The notes under the pieces: model-generated
Database searches by the model: none
Told to the model about the DNA's origin: nothing
The model's input: only the letters and a program-made list of their open reading frames with translations
Made by a program: the position numbers and the translations under genes
Assembly (NCBI GenBank): GCA_002269645.1
Contig: NIVC01004714.1
Location: 1 to 37,258 of the forward strand
Direction of reading: 5' to 3'
DNA: 37,258 nt
DNA from: Macrostomum lignano
Lineage: Eukaryota
Part shown: piece after piece, positions 20,501 to 31,500 of the stretch
How the letters are laid out: each line of letters begins with the position of its first letter
Position numbering within the stretch: the first letter of the stretch is position 1

Positions 20501-23201
20501 GCAGTGTGAACAGAAAAGCGACGGAGACGCCCATGCTTGGCAGTCTAGCGGCTAGATTGGTCTCTAACGGGCATCGGAACTGATGGCACTGCACAGTTTC
20601 ATTCAGACAGTCGGCCAGGCAGAACGCGTTGGCTGGTGCTGGTAAAACTTCTACCACTGAGAAAGCCACTAGACCGCGACCGCGAGCGTCCATTGAGTGG
20701 CAGCGTATAAGTATAGAGCCACCGGAAGTGCTGTCATTGTCTAGACGAATCTGAGTAAAACGCAGGCTAAGCTCGATACCCCCGCCAGGAATAGACAAAG
20801 AATGAGTCTCTGTGGACGTTTCCACTCCACCCAGGGAGCCGTGCAGTCTTAGCTGAGTGACTGTTGAAGCAGCTGACGATTCTGACAACAAATCAAGGCC
20901 ACATACCGTGCAGTTAAATGACAATGACTGGCGATCCGACCAAAGTTTCCGACTCCTTGGAGGTGGAACAAAAACTACGCTGCGAGATGGAGGTCGGTTG
21001 CCGCACAAGCTCGGTCTAGCAGCAATGCGCACGCTAAAAGCTTGCGGCGATAGTGTGGGGCTGGCTGTCCCTACAAGTGATGCAGCATTTCGACAAGTCC
21101 AAAGACCAGCTAACGGTGGCGGGCCTGGATTTCCCGGCGGTTTCCATGGCAATAAAAGTAGCCGGTGAGGCTCTACTAGGCTTCCCAAAGCCGGATCTGG
21201 TGGTTTAACCGCCTCAGACCAGGTGCTTGCGTTTTGGCCTTGCAGCCAACTGAACTTACAATTCGGATCGTCTGCCGAGGCAGCCAGACAGAGGAAGGGG
21301 CATGGCAGAGCGTGAGTTATGGGTGGATCATCGTACAAGTCGATACTGAGTACAGCAGGATCATGACTTATTCTTTCGGGAATAAAAGCAGAGGTCGCGA
21401 CATCAGTTCTGTTTTCGATAGTGCTCACTTGAATGCGCCATCGAAGGAAAAGTCTCTGGCCACTCGGCAGTTGAGCGTCAGCGCTAATGCAGATTTTGGC
21501 TGGGCTCCAATCGCCTGTCCAGCCCAAGCGAAGACGACCGGCAAAGTAGACAGCATAGAAGGATGCCGGATCGCTTGAATTCGATTGGAGCCATGGAGAC
21601 GCTACAGCTGGATTGCTGCAGTTGTAAAGCGCGTACACCGCTGTATGCAGAGGCAAAGCGGCCACGGACAGTGTCGGAGACGGCATCAAATCGCAATCCA
21701 GTGCCACAAACTGGAGCAGGTTTTGCTGACGCTGCATGATGCGGCGGCACGGAAGGCTTGAGCTTCCTTGACTGTCAATAAGGGCACTTCTAGCCGGTCG
21801 CTCATCCCACAGTCGAACTCGAGCGGAACTCGCGACAACGGCACCACCCAGGCGAAGGTGGCAAGCGATGACGAGAGCGCTGCGGTCCAGCGTCGGCTTA
21901 GAAAACGCCAGTGTGAGTACGGAGCCTTCTGACTTTCTGAAGACACCTCTGGCCGGCGCAAATCCTGGTCCAAGGTCAAAGCTGAACTTCTGCTGACCGC
22001 TGCCTGAGCCCGCTTGAGCAGTCAACGTGTGCCTTTTCTGCAATCCAGTTGATGCGTCGTCGACACTCCAGCTGAGCTCAAGCTGCGATGCAGACTCGCC
22101 GTCGCCACCATCAAGCAAACACGCCAGCGCCACTGTGGACCCGTTTGCAATGACGAGAAAGGCATCATTGGTCTGGTGGGCGCTCCAAACAATGGCTTGC
22201 TTAGAGGCGGCGGCAGCTGCTAACTCTTTAGAGTTCGGTGGTCGAAACAGCGGTAGCGACGAGTGGCGTAGCTCGTGCGGCGAGTCTGGTGACAATGTCA
22301 AAGTCGTACACGGCAGAAGGATCAGGTTGAGCTGGATGATGAAGCTAAATAGGCTGATAGGCTGGTACTCAATCTTGGACATCGCTTCAAGCTTCACGTT
22401 TGACGTTTGAATCCGGAAAAGTCTGCAGCCGCGATCGTAGCATGTTTGCGCCAGAGGCCGGCGCAACTTAACTTGTTGCTTCTATTTTTGCTAAATACAA
22501 TAACAGGCGGCCGCAGTATTAGCATGTATACTTGTCGTCTTAGAATTGTTTTTGTGATCTATTGTTATAAAACACGAGATCGATCAGGTTCTACCATAGA
22601 AGTTTTTACTTGAAAAGTGACTTAGCTCGGATCTATTCATAAAACTTACAAATCTTACTTACGAGCTACAAAGCAACTTTTATGTGTGCGTGTGAGTTTA
22701 CCTGTTCGATGGGTCAGCGCAACGGACCTTTACAGTAATAATAATTTAATAATTGCATGATTCTGTGCCCCTGGCGAAACGCATTGGGCGAAATCTCCCA
22801 TTGCACTGAATCCTGGGCGCATTCAAGCACGCCAATGCTAGCTCGTAGAAAGTTATGCATGTTAAGTCTCTGTGCTTTGGGAGTCGGTTCGGGGAACTGG
22901 GGCACAAAAAAGTTATCGAATTTTCCATTTCACACCTAACACTGCTCACCTCATCTCGCTTTTTCTTCAGCACCAGCTTAAAATCGCGAATCTTTTCATC
23001 TTGTTCGCGAAATTTCTCCTTCAACTTGACGTGGTCCTGGTACAGGCTGAGGTATTTATCCTCCAGATCTTCGCGCAACCATTTGCCGATCATCGCTTTG
23101 TCCAGCTGGTTGGCGGTGAGCGGCTGCAGCGGCGGGACGCCATTGGCGAATTTTGCAGAGTCAGGTCTGCTGCGTTTCACTGGCAGATGGCCCGAGTCCA
23201 T
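10580..23201 (-). CDS. RPGRIP1L: RPGRIP1-like/Fantom ciliary transition-zone protein, ~1375 aa. Exons 23201-22950, 17534-17106, 16846-16467, 16004-15758, 15137-14762, 14419-14088, 13601-13006, 12844-12341, 12254-12098, 12003-11941, 11810-11142, 10701-10580.
   Basis: Recognisable motifs: N-terminal LPVK and LEDKYLSLYQD, long coiled coils, [61 protein letters not shown], a middle C2 (PYCSYKFFD, YLGVAK) and a C-terminal C2 (ETPVSL.PRPG, FTVVCEP). Intron phases are consistent. One missing G at 13370-13371 breaks the frame. Confidence 0.92.
10800..11071 (-). mobile_element. tRNA-derived SINE with a CORE/Meta-like central domain, in the last RPGRIP1L intron
   Basis: The minus strand starts with A-box-like TAGCCTTAGTGG and has a degenerate B-box (GTTTGATTT). 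The central GTGTCGTTGAGCAAGACACTTAACTCTG..CAGTT..CAGCTGTAAAATGGG (10993-10933) resembles the MIR/CORE consensus. A simple AT-rich tail follows. Confidence 0.65.
15450..15514 (-). mobile_element. tRNA-like head (SINE head or tRNA pseudogene), in an RPGRIP1L intron
   Basis: A-box-like AGCTCAATGGTA and B-box-like GGTTCGTTTCC, ending ..CGCGACCA. There is no matching 5' acceptor-stem arm, so it is not a functional tRNA. Confidence 0.35.
18438..22382 (-). CDS. Intronless ~1314-aa type-I membrane protein: signal-like N-terminus, several divergent Ig-like domains, one TM helix, long Ser-rich disordered tail. Nested in RPGRIP1L intron 1.
   Basis: 3945-nt open frame from the first ATG (MSKIEYQPISLFSFIIQLNLILLPC). 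Ig-like C..W..C patterns (VALAC..LSWSV..VIAC; NCKFSW..GLWTC). About ten N-x-S/T sequons precede the TM ILLIVAIVLCFLAAVFFVAAHF (~20135-20065), which is followed by basic YRYK..RKNK. Confidence 0.8.
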   Translation of the reverse strand: MSKIEYQPISLFSFIIQLNLILLPCTTLTLSPDSPHELRHSSLPLFRPPNSKELAAAAASKQAIVWSAHQTNDAFLVIANGSTVALACLLDGGDGESASQLELSWSVDDASTGLQKRHTLTAQAGSGSGQQKFSFDLGPGFAPARGVFRKSEGSVLTLAFSKPTLDRSALVIACHLRLGGAVVASSARVRLWDERPARSALIDSQGSSSLPCRRIMQRQQNLLQFVALDCDLMPSPTLSVAALPLHTAVYALYNCSNPAVASPWLQSNSSDPASFYAVYFAGRLRLGWTGDWSPAKICISADAQLPSGQRLFLRWRIQVSTIENRTDVATSAFIPERISHDPAVLSIDLYDDPPITHALPCPFLCLAASADDPNCKFSWLQGQNASTWSEAVKPPDPALGSLVEPHRLLLLPWKPPGNPGPPPLAGLWTCRNAASLVGTASPTLSPQAFSVRIAARPSLCGNRPPSRSVVFVPPPRSRKLWSDRQSLSFNCTVCGLDLLSESSAASTVTQLRLHGSLGGVETSTETHSLSIPGGGIELSLRFTQIRLDNDSTSGGSILIRCHSMDARGRGLVAFSVVEVLPAPANAFCLADCLNETVQCHQFRCPLETNLAARLPSMGVSVAFLFTLQPRGGEPPQQTLSSVSQLVTSEPIARLRCTQLFYYSENRFDKDASSGRRQRLVAESAASAAVYRAALGENRFSRLLLAVESAWLELPSRGWNRLQSDDPKSSRQTKSSSVNSSDSNSGALSNVTTILLIVAIVLCFLAAVFFVAAHFYRYKLFHRAQKWMQRKNKHAPNGDDDQKTMPDKQPNAEKSKKQQNTSPTIPKSMERQSIKNIQVEHVNEQKSTDEDKISDEEEPEQPKQLTTSHNIAPELHQAKLYPMPKLHRLETLQQPNLSPNPRQQMMGIISSSSTRATPTSSTATLTQTIRQSVEIWNSDSSYADLNGSFVSLGAGGSPAMMSWPLSEESKVCRVDAVILSTSECSLKQAEDNPPSRYRLCEPTNAMAASTRICDQYVSSNDAVTDIVFGVGVAAETPSVAVTSAGPASQADRRRPALRIQLQDRPEFHANTGTVDAVLDDDANSDDEDKYEHLLSFFPTPPEAEKLEPSGSNAATHAADLARLSRCLICQPPRVRPVPSSIIGVEISLIGSTTTTGTNSTSNDNNGSSSVSSCSCSAHSSPDTLANKNNTEPVSSGEEVDLPSSEPLPALLTGSAATRGFGGSMQFATASTAVVEVVESTLAHQHQRDEGSEDICSTCTCTDTGCSSDSEETSQPVAPLRIGSSTPDRTNSDVAPQQMQLVLQAVNSAIERINWE

Positions 23202-23834
23202 GGCTTTTGCTGCAGCAATCAACGATGCGATACGATTATAATTAAATGCTTTCGTTATGTCTTATGGCCAATATATTGGCACAATTACCTGACAGAGTAT
23301 CTACATGGTATTCAATCTTTAATTGAAAGAACTATTTTTAGTGCAAATTTTCAGAAATTATTCATGTCGGCTGACTATACTAACTGTTCTGTAGCAATAT
23401 GACTCAAAATTAGCAACCATATAATTAAATACATGTTTTTATTTGAAGTAAAAAACATAAATCAAGCTTTTCCACCTCTTAATTTAATCTGTAGGAATAG
23501 CTCTATGATTAAATAAATTAGACTTTTGAAATGTAGAGAAGCCTTTGAATTCTCCCAATTTTCCTTAAATTTGTTTGAAAAAATATGTATAAATTTTGTG
23601 GAGAAAGAACTTCAAAGCATTTAACTTTTTGAATCATATTTCTTTCAAAATGTTTATAATCATATAACCATAATATTGCTATTTTGATAAATTTGATTTT
23701 CTACTATCTATAAATATACTGCACTATAATTGGAGATGAAAGTACTATAAAGAGCCTGCCAAGGAAAAAAGTAAAATTAAAGAGCGATCATAGTGTGGCC
23801 TAATTTTTGGCACATGACCAAGATAGCCACACAC

Positions 23835-24383
23835 CAAGATGGCCACAGCTCTTAGTGTCTAAATAGATAATAATAAGCCTTGGTCTATATATTTAACTTA
23901 TTTACTATTGGTAATAATTCGAGAAATAAATACCAAAAAGATGCTATATTATAATTGTATTATATTAGGCCCCTATATTATAGTCATTCCTTTGGCTTTA
24001 GCTTTTATTTATAGCTTGATCTATAGATATTTATTCAGCTATATCAAGCAAGTAGCCTAGGGCCTAACACAAAATAAATACCTTGACTTGGTGCATATTT
24101 ATCTTAATTTTTGTATAGCATTACTAGTAGCAATATTTGGTTTCTTAATAAACAGATAGTGATAGATTTGATAGACGTAATGATAGGGAATAAATTGGCA
24201 TAAACACTGAAAAAGATGAAAGTTTTTGTATGATAGGTAATTAGTTTCAAATCTATTATTACATTAGTATTTATGAATGTGATTGATTACACATAATATT
24301 TACTATAAAAATAGCTACTATGTTGCTAATTAATAATAAAAAAGAGAGCAGAGCCAAAGATATTCAATGTTGTGGCCATCTTG
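23835..24383. repeat. 13-bp perfect inverted repeat CAAGATGGCCACA (23835-23847) / TGTGGCCATCTTG (24371-24383) flanking ~520 bp of AT-rich DNA
   Basis: Exact reverse complements. An imperfect direct copy (CAAGATAGCCACA) lies just left of the left arm. Confidence 0.5.
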
Positions 24384-25550
24384 TTCTTACACCTAATTTT
24401 AATATAGCGTTTTTTTTGAATTCTCTACATTTCAATCTCTAACCTTCAGAATGGATATATTAAAACCTGTGCAGGAGCATATAAAATAAACAGGAATTGC
24501 AAATTTTACTCTTTTTTAATATTAATTTAATATTAATATTAATTTTTAATAGACTACTCCCTCTACTTCTACTACTTCTTTTAATATTAATAGACTAGTC
24601 AAAAGTTTAAGTAACAATCGACTAAATTCAGTCAAAGAAAGTTGCAGTAAGACACAAAACTTGTAGTGAAGAAGAAAAACTACTCTTTGTTTGGTTGTTG
24701 TACCGCCAAACAGGATCTCCTCCATGGCCCCCAGATTTTTGCAGAAGTTGACGGAAATATTCGAACAAATCTGAAAGAATTATAAAGCTGAACCAGTCAA
24801 TGACAATAAATAATATACCTACCTATAAAGTAGGTAAAGAATTTTCTGTTGATACTTTTATTTCCCTTTTAAATTTTAGAGTCGAAATAAGTAAGCTTTT
24901 GACTACTACATACACAAAATTATGCTTTGTTTATTTTAGCGTTTTTCAAAAGAATAATTCCGAGAAACTGTATTCAGATATTGGTTTTCGAATCTGATAA
25001 TAAAATGTGTTTCAAACTGTATATTCAGTGCTTTAAATTTAACATTTTGCTTGATTTTAATTCGATTTAGCTTGATTTAGCTCGTGGATCCATGTATATA
25101 TGCAAATCAAGGACCACTGTGTATGTATATAACTATTATGTAAAGTGGTCCTTGCAGGAGTTGTTATTGATATTGTGATATTTTTTAACTAGTGGGATCT
25201 AGTGTTTATAATAAACTTTTTATTGTACTTCTAGAGCAACATTCACGTACATATAGTCGTTTCTGACTTTTGCAACTATGGCTAAGCGCCTTTTTTATTT
25301 TTACAAAATTAGCCCGAACTTTTATGGATTTCAAAGCGTCGAAAGGCGCCCACACAAATACAAACCAAATGACGTGGCTGTCTGAAGCAGTTTGGTGCTA
25401 TTTTGTTTTTATTGAAGAAAAAATGTTCTTTCATTAAAATAAACGGCTCGTTTTGAAGCAAAGCAGCGAGTTATAGAAGCAAAATAAATTGTTGTTGTTT
25501 CATTATTAATCGATTTCAGCAGAGTGGACGGGCAAGGACCGTAACTACTC

Positions 25551-28500
25551 TCAGTAGTAAGTCTCCCGTTCAACAACATTCCCGGGAGACAGTCGACGAA
25601 GCAGAAGTTTCCTAATCTCGTCGAAGATAAAGATTAGGCTGCTGTGGCCGAGCGGCAGGAAGCACCAGACGAATTTCAGCGGCATCATTTTGAGCACCAT
25701 GTAGGAGTAGGGCACGTAACTCAGCAACATAGCTAAGATGGTCTCGAAGAACAAGCTGCCGGTCATGGGATGATTTCGCATGCCTGGAATTGAAAACATG
25801 TGCTTCTCTAGATGTACAGTACAGTTGGTTGCGTGACTCAGGTTTAACTTCATTTTCTATTCATTTCCGGAACCTGATGTGGCCTTAATTATTAATTTAG
25901 CAATGAAATTAGAAGCAATTTTGATGGTTAAAATTAGGAGAGGGAGAATCTGACTGGAAAAGTCAAGCTCTGCATCAGCTTATGAATGTACATGTGTAGG
26001 CATTGTAGGCGATAATTTCTGCGTTACAGGTGGACAGACTCAGTGTTACAGGTGACAGACTCAGTGTTACAGGTGACAGACTCAGTGTTACAGGTGACAG
26101 ACTCAGTGTTACAGGTGACAGACTCAGTGTTACAGGTGACAGACCCAGTGTTACTGGGGACTGTCTCCCTGATTACCTTATCTACATGTGCTTATACTGT
26201 ATCAGTGTTACAATTATTTGCTTCGTTGGTAGATTGGGATGATATACAATTAATTATTCTTGTTACAGATGGTTGGTTGCCTTTGTGATGTTGTCAGCGT
26301 CTCGGTAGAATCTTTCTACGAGCTATAAGAAGATAACAACACACTGGAAGCATATAAAATGACTTTCCCGTTGGCTGAGAAAGTGATTAAGGTGCATATT
26401 CATAGGCCCCAGTTTCCCATAATGATACGAAACTCATTGAAGCGATAAACACGTTAATGGATTTTCGGTTGCTTTGGCAATAATCTTCTTTGGGCGCGCT
26501 GGTTTGATGCTTCTCTGATCTTTCCGGCTGCTCATGGCATAGCAGATGATCGCATGATGCGTGTATATCGCACTTTGCTCAGCTGATCATGTATGATTGA
26601 TTGGATTGACGGGAAATTCTGCCTCAATGGCACTGACGCTATAGCATGTTTTACAAATTCTATAGTAGGAATTCTCTTGTGTACTCGTATTATTAATCTA
26701 TTTTGCAGACTTTATGTGTATTTGGATTTGTAGTTATTAATTCTGCAGTTAATATTTGAGTTTGCAGTCATCACTGAGGATTCTGTGCAGTCATCATGCA
26801 CTGAGGATTCTGTGCAGTCATCACTGAGGATTCTGTGCAGTCATCATGCACTGAGGATTCTGTGCAGTCATCACTGAGGATTCTGTGCAGTCATCACTGA
26901 GGATTCTGTGCAGTCATTCTCGTGCTCAATATTCTGAAAACTTACCCTGCTGGAAGACGGACAATCGCCTGGTCTTGCAGATGACTAAATCCGCCCATTG
27001 CACAATCACGATGGCAATAAAGAAGCCGGTCTGACAGGACATTTCCAGTTTTTTACGCTCGTTGTAGGTCCATTCCTGACCGAATGAGTCCTCCAGACTG
27101 TCCTCCGTACGGTTGTCCCAAGGCTCGCGCAAGAAGAACAGCCTCCTGGGTAGGAAGCCATTGTGAGCCATGATGCAGAAGTACACCAGCCAGCCTGCGG
27201 CAGCCTGCAGCATCCCAATCTGCCCGTAGGCCATGCCGATCAACCGACCATTGACCAGCCGGTCCCGACTGGGGTTCCTCGGCGCCCGGCTCATGATGTC
27301 GTTCTCGGCCGATTCGTAAGCGAAGCTGATCGCAGGGAACATGTCTGTGCCGAGGTCGATGCACAGGATGTGCACCGTGCCCAGGGCCAGCGGCAGGCCC
27401 AGCACAATGAAGAATATGAATGGCACCATCTCTGGCACCTTCGAGGTGAGCGTGTACGCGATCGACTTCTTCAGATTGTCGAATATGAGACGGCCTGGGA
27501 ATTTTTTGCGGATAGCAGTTGGAAGCGAAATTGAAGTTTTTGACATCCAAAAATGGGGGCTTCTAATTCTAGAATGAATTCTTTGATGCCATTTTTGACA
27601 ACCAAATATCCTTGATTTGGAAGTTTCTGACACCCAGACTGAGGCTTGCATTCATTGCATTCCCAACCAAGCAACGCAGCGTGATCTACTCTCCCAAAAA
27701 AACGTCTCGATTTCGGTTCATCGAGCTGGCCTCTCATCCAGTTAAGCCAGTCAACTCAACTGAGCAGCTTTCGTGCCCCACCCCCCAAGAATTCAATCTC
27801 TCTGGATTGGATAAAGACAAGCGCCTCCCCAAGCTGAGTTGAGACCGACCGACCATAGGAAAGTCCGACGGCGAGGCTGTTTTATGCAATCGAATTGCGA
27901 GAGCCGTCGCTAGAGAGGGGGACTTTTTCAATCGGGAAAACTCTCATTTCTTCCCGGCGACCACTGCCTCTGCCCCGAGCTGCGTAAATCTTACTAAATA
28001 ACCGTCAGATGCAAATTTTTACTTTTGAGATTAAATTGACTGGCTGGGCTCGGTTGGGAGCTGGGAAATATGAGCTATTCGAGAGCTCGAATATGACCGT
28101 GCCTTGATGATTTTGTGGACGTTAAATAAGATGAAATTACCCGAAGGATGTGGCAATTTAAGGTTCATCTGAAATCCTAACCGGAGCTAAATGACTGCAC
28201 TAACTCTAGTCTCATAAACTCCATCTCTAATCTTCCCGGAATTCTCTTAGAATATCTCACTTACGACCTCACCTTCTTCAACTCCAACAACAATGGAAGC
28301 GAAATTGTCATCCAGCAGTATCATGTCCGCCGCCTGCTTGCTCACGTCGCTCCCAGTGATGCCCATAGCAACGCCAATGTCCGCCTTCTTCAAAGCCGGC
28401 GAATCGTTCACTCCGTCCCCAGTCACCGCCACAATATTGCCCAGCTTTTGAAATGCTTCAACAATGATGAGCTTCTGCTGCGGACTGGTCCTGGCGAACA

Positions 28501-31500
28501 CTATCTCCCGGTGTTGGCGAATGATTTCAACCAGCTCGTCCGCTGACATGTCCTTGAGCTGGCCGCCGTTCACTACTCGGGCCTCGGCTTCGGCCGGGTT
28601 CACCGATTCTACGGGAACTCCGCGCTCTTTGGCCAGCGACTCGGGCGTCCGGCTGTTCGGCGAGATGATACCGACACCTCGGGCGATGGCCGCCGCCGTG
28701 ATTGGATGGTCGCCGGTAACCATGACTACCTGTTTTTAGTAACAGTGGACAGTTAGGCTTTGCTTGCAAGCGTTAGGTTAAAAACAGCCCAGCAACAGCC
28801 TAGCAACAGCCTAGCAAAAAACTAACAACAGTCTAGCAACAGCCTAGCAACAACCTGACAACAGCCTAGCAACAACCTAAAAACAGCCTAGCAGCAAACT
28901 AACAACAGCCTAGCAACAGCCTAGCAAAAAACTAACAACAGGCTAGCAGCAACCTAACAACAGTCTAGCAACAGCCTAGCAACAACCTAACAACAGCCTA
29001 GCAACAATCTAACAACAGCCTAGAAACAGCCTAGCAAACCTAACAACCTCCTAGCAACAGCCTAGCAACAGCCCAGCAGCAGCCTAGCAACAGCCTAGCA
29101 ACAACCTGACAACAGCCTAGCAACAACCTAAAAACAGCCTAGCAGCAAACTAACAACAGCCTAGCAACATCCTAGCAAAAAACTAACAACAGGCTAGCAG
29201 CAACCTAACAACAGTCTAGCAACAGCCTAGCAACAACAACAGCCTAGCAACAACCTAACAACAGCCTAGAAACAGCCTAGCAAACCTAACAACCTCCTAG
29301 CAACAGCCTAGCAACAGCCCAGCAGCAGCCTAGCAACAGCCTAGCAACAAACTAACAACAGGCTAGCAGAAACCTAACAACAGTCTAGCAACAGCCTAGC
29401 AACAACCTAACAATAGCCTAACAACAACCTAACAACAGCCTAGCAACAGCCCAGCAACAGCCTAGCAACAAACTAATAGTATCCCTGGATTTTACACATT
29501 TTTCTCCTTGGCATTATCTCACCTTATTGATCTCCAAAAGTTAGCAAGGAATTTTGAAAAGCTAAAGCTACCTGTGCCTGAAATTAGCTTAAACAATTAA
29601 CAAACCCTCCAAAACCAAATGTGATTTAAAAAATGAGGAAGAAGCGCAGCGCACCCGGATCCCGGCGCTCCGGCATTTCTCCACCGCGTACGGCACGGCA
29701 GCTCGTGGCGGATCGATCATGCTCATCAGGCCGACAAAGCGATAGCCGGTGAGTGGAAAGTTCACCGTCTCAGTATTGTACTTGTAGTTGTCGGGATAAT
29801 CCTTGGCAGGTAGTCGAAAGTCGCAGAAGCCGAGCACTCGCTCCCCGAGGCTGCCCAAGTTTTCGTAGGCGTCCTGAAATTTTTTCTTCCACTTGGCGTC
29901 CAGAGCGACCTCGGCGCCGTCAACGAGAATGCTCGAGCAGCGGTCCAGAATCCGCTCCGGAGCGCCCTTCATCACGCACAGGTGGCGAGCTTCGCCGTCC
30001 ATTTGAACAGTTCTGTGCACAGAAACCTGCATGTGCGTACGACGAGTTTTGAATGTTTAAATCACTCGGCACGGGGTAAAATGGAAAACTTTTGTATTGG
30101 TCAGACTGGAAATCTCAGTTGGAACAATTGAATGTTACTGGGGTCATTGGAATGTAACTGGGGTCAATGAAATGTTACTGGGGTTATTGGACTGGTACAG
30201 GGGGTCATTTAAATGGTAAAGGGGTCATTGGAATGGTAAAGGGGTCATTGGAATGGTACAGGGATCATTGGAATGGCAAAAGGGTCATTGGAATGGTACA
30301 GGGGTCATTGGAATGGTTCAGGGTCATTGGAATGGTACAGGGGGTCATTAGAATGGTACAGGGGTCATTGGAATGGTACAGGGGTCATTGGAATGGTACA
30401 GGGGGTCATTGGAATGTTACTGGGGTCATTGGAATAGTACAGGGGGTCATTGGAATGGTAAAGGGGTCATTGGAATGGTAAAGGGGTCATTGGAATGGTA
30501 AAGGGGTCATTGGAATGGTAAAGGGTCATTGGAATGGTACAGGGGGTCATTGGAATGGTAAAGGGGTCATTGGAATGGTAAAGGGTCATTGGAATGGTAC
30601 AGGGGTCATTGGAATGGTTCAGGGGTCATTGGAATGGTACAGGGGGTCATTGGAATGGTACAGGGGTCATTGGAATGGTACAGGGGTCATTGGAATGGTA
30701 CAGGGGGTCATTGGAATGTTACTGGGGTCATTGGAATAGTACAGGGGGTCATTGGAATGGTAAAGGGGTCGTTGGAATGTTACTGGGGTCATTGGAATGG
30801 TAAAGGGTCATTGGAATGGTACAGGGGTCATTGGAATGGTACAGGGGTCATTGGAATGGTAAAGGGGTCATTGGAATGGTACAGGGGTCATTGGAATGGT
30901 ACAGGGGGTCATTGGAATGGTACAGGGGGTCATTGGAATGGTAAAGGGTCATTGGCATGGTACAGGGGTCATAGGAATGGTACAGGGGGTCATTGGAATG
31001 GTACAGGGGGTCATTTGAATGTTACTAGGGTCATTGGAATGGTACAGGGGGTCATTGGAATGTTACTGGGTTATTGGAATGGTAAAGGGGTCATTGGAAT
31101 GGTAAAGGTCATTGGCATGGTACAGGGGTCATTAGAATGGTACAGGGGTCATTGAAATGGTACAGGGGGTCATTTGAATGTTATTGGGGTCATTCGAATG
31201 GTACAGGGGTCGTTGGAATGTTACTGGGGTCATTGGAATGGTAAAGGGTCATTGGAATGGTACAGGGGTCATTGTAATGGTACAGGGGGTCATTGGAATG
31301 GTACAGGGGTCATTGGAATAGTACAGGGGGTCATTGGAATGGTAAAGGGGTCATTGGAATGGTAAAGGGTCATTGGCATGGTACAGGGGTCATTGGAATG
31401 ATACAGGGGGTCATTGGAATGTTACTGGGGTCATTGGAATGGTACAGGGGTCATTGGAATGGTGTCGGGTCAGAAAAATAGCAACATGGTCATTCCATAG

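Noticed and set aside
12382-22410. Numerous + strand ORFs of 60-140 aa overlapping RPGRIP1L exons and the nested gene
   Set aside because: They are antisense shadows of GC-rich coding sequence, with no motifs or splice support.
23202-25550. A head-to-head partner gene as in the vertebrate FTO-RPGRIP1L pair
   Set aside because: There is no supported + strand coding sequence here. The upstream neighbour is the co-oriented ATPase.
26030-26288. DRLSVTG / LQVTDSV repeat ORFs
   Set aside because: They are translations of the 21-bp minisatellite.
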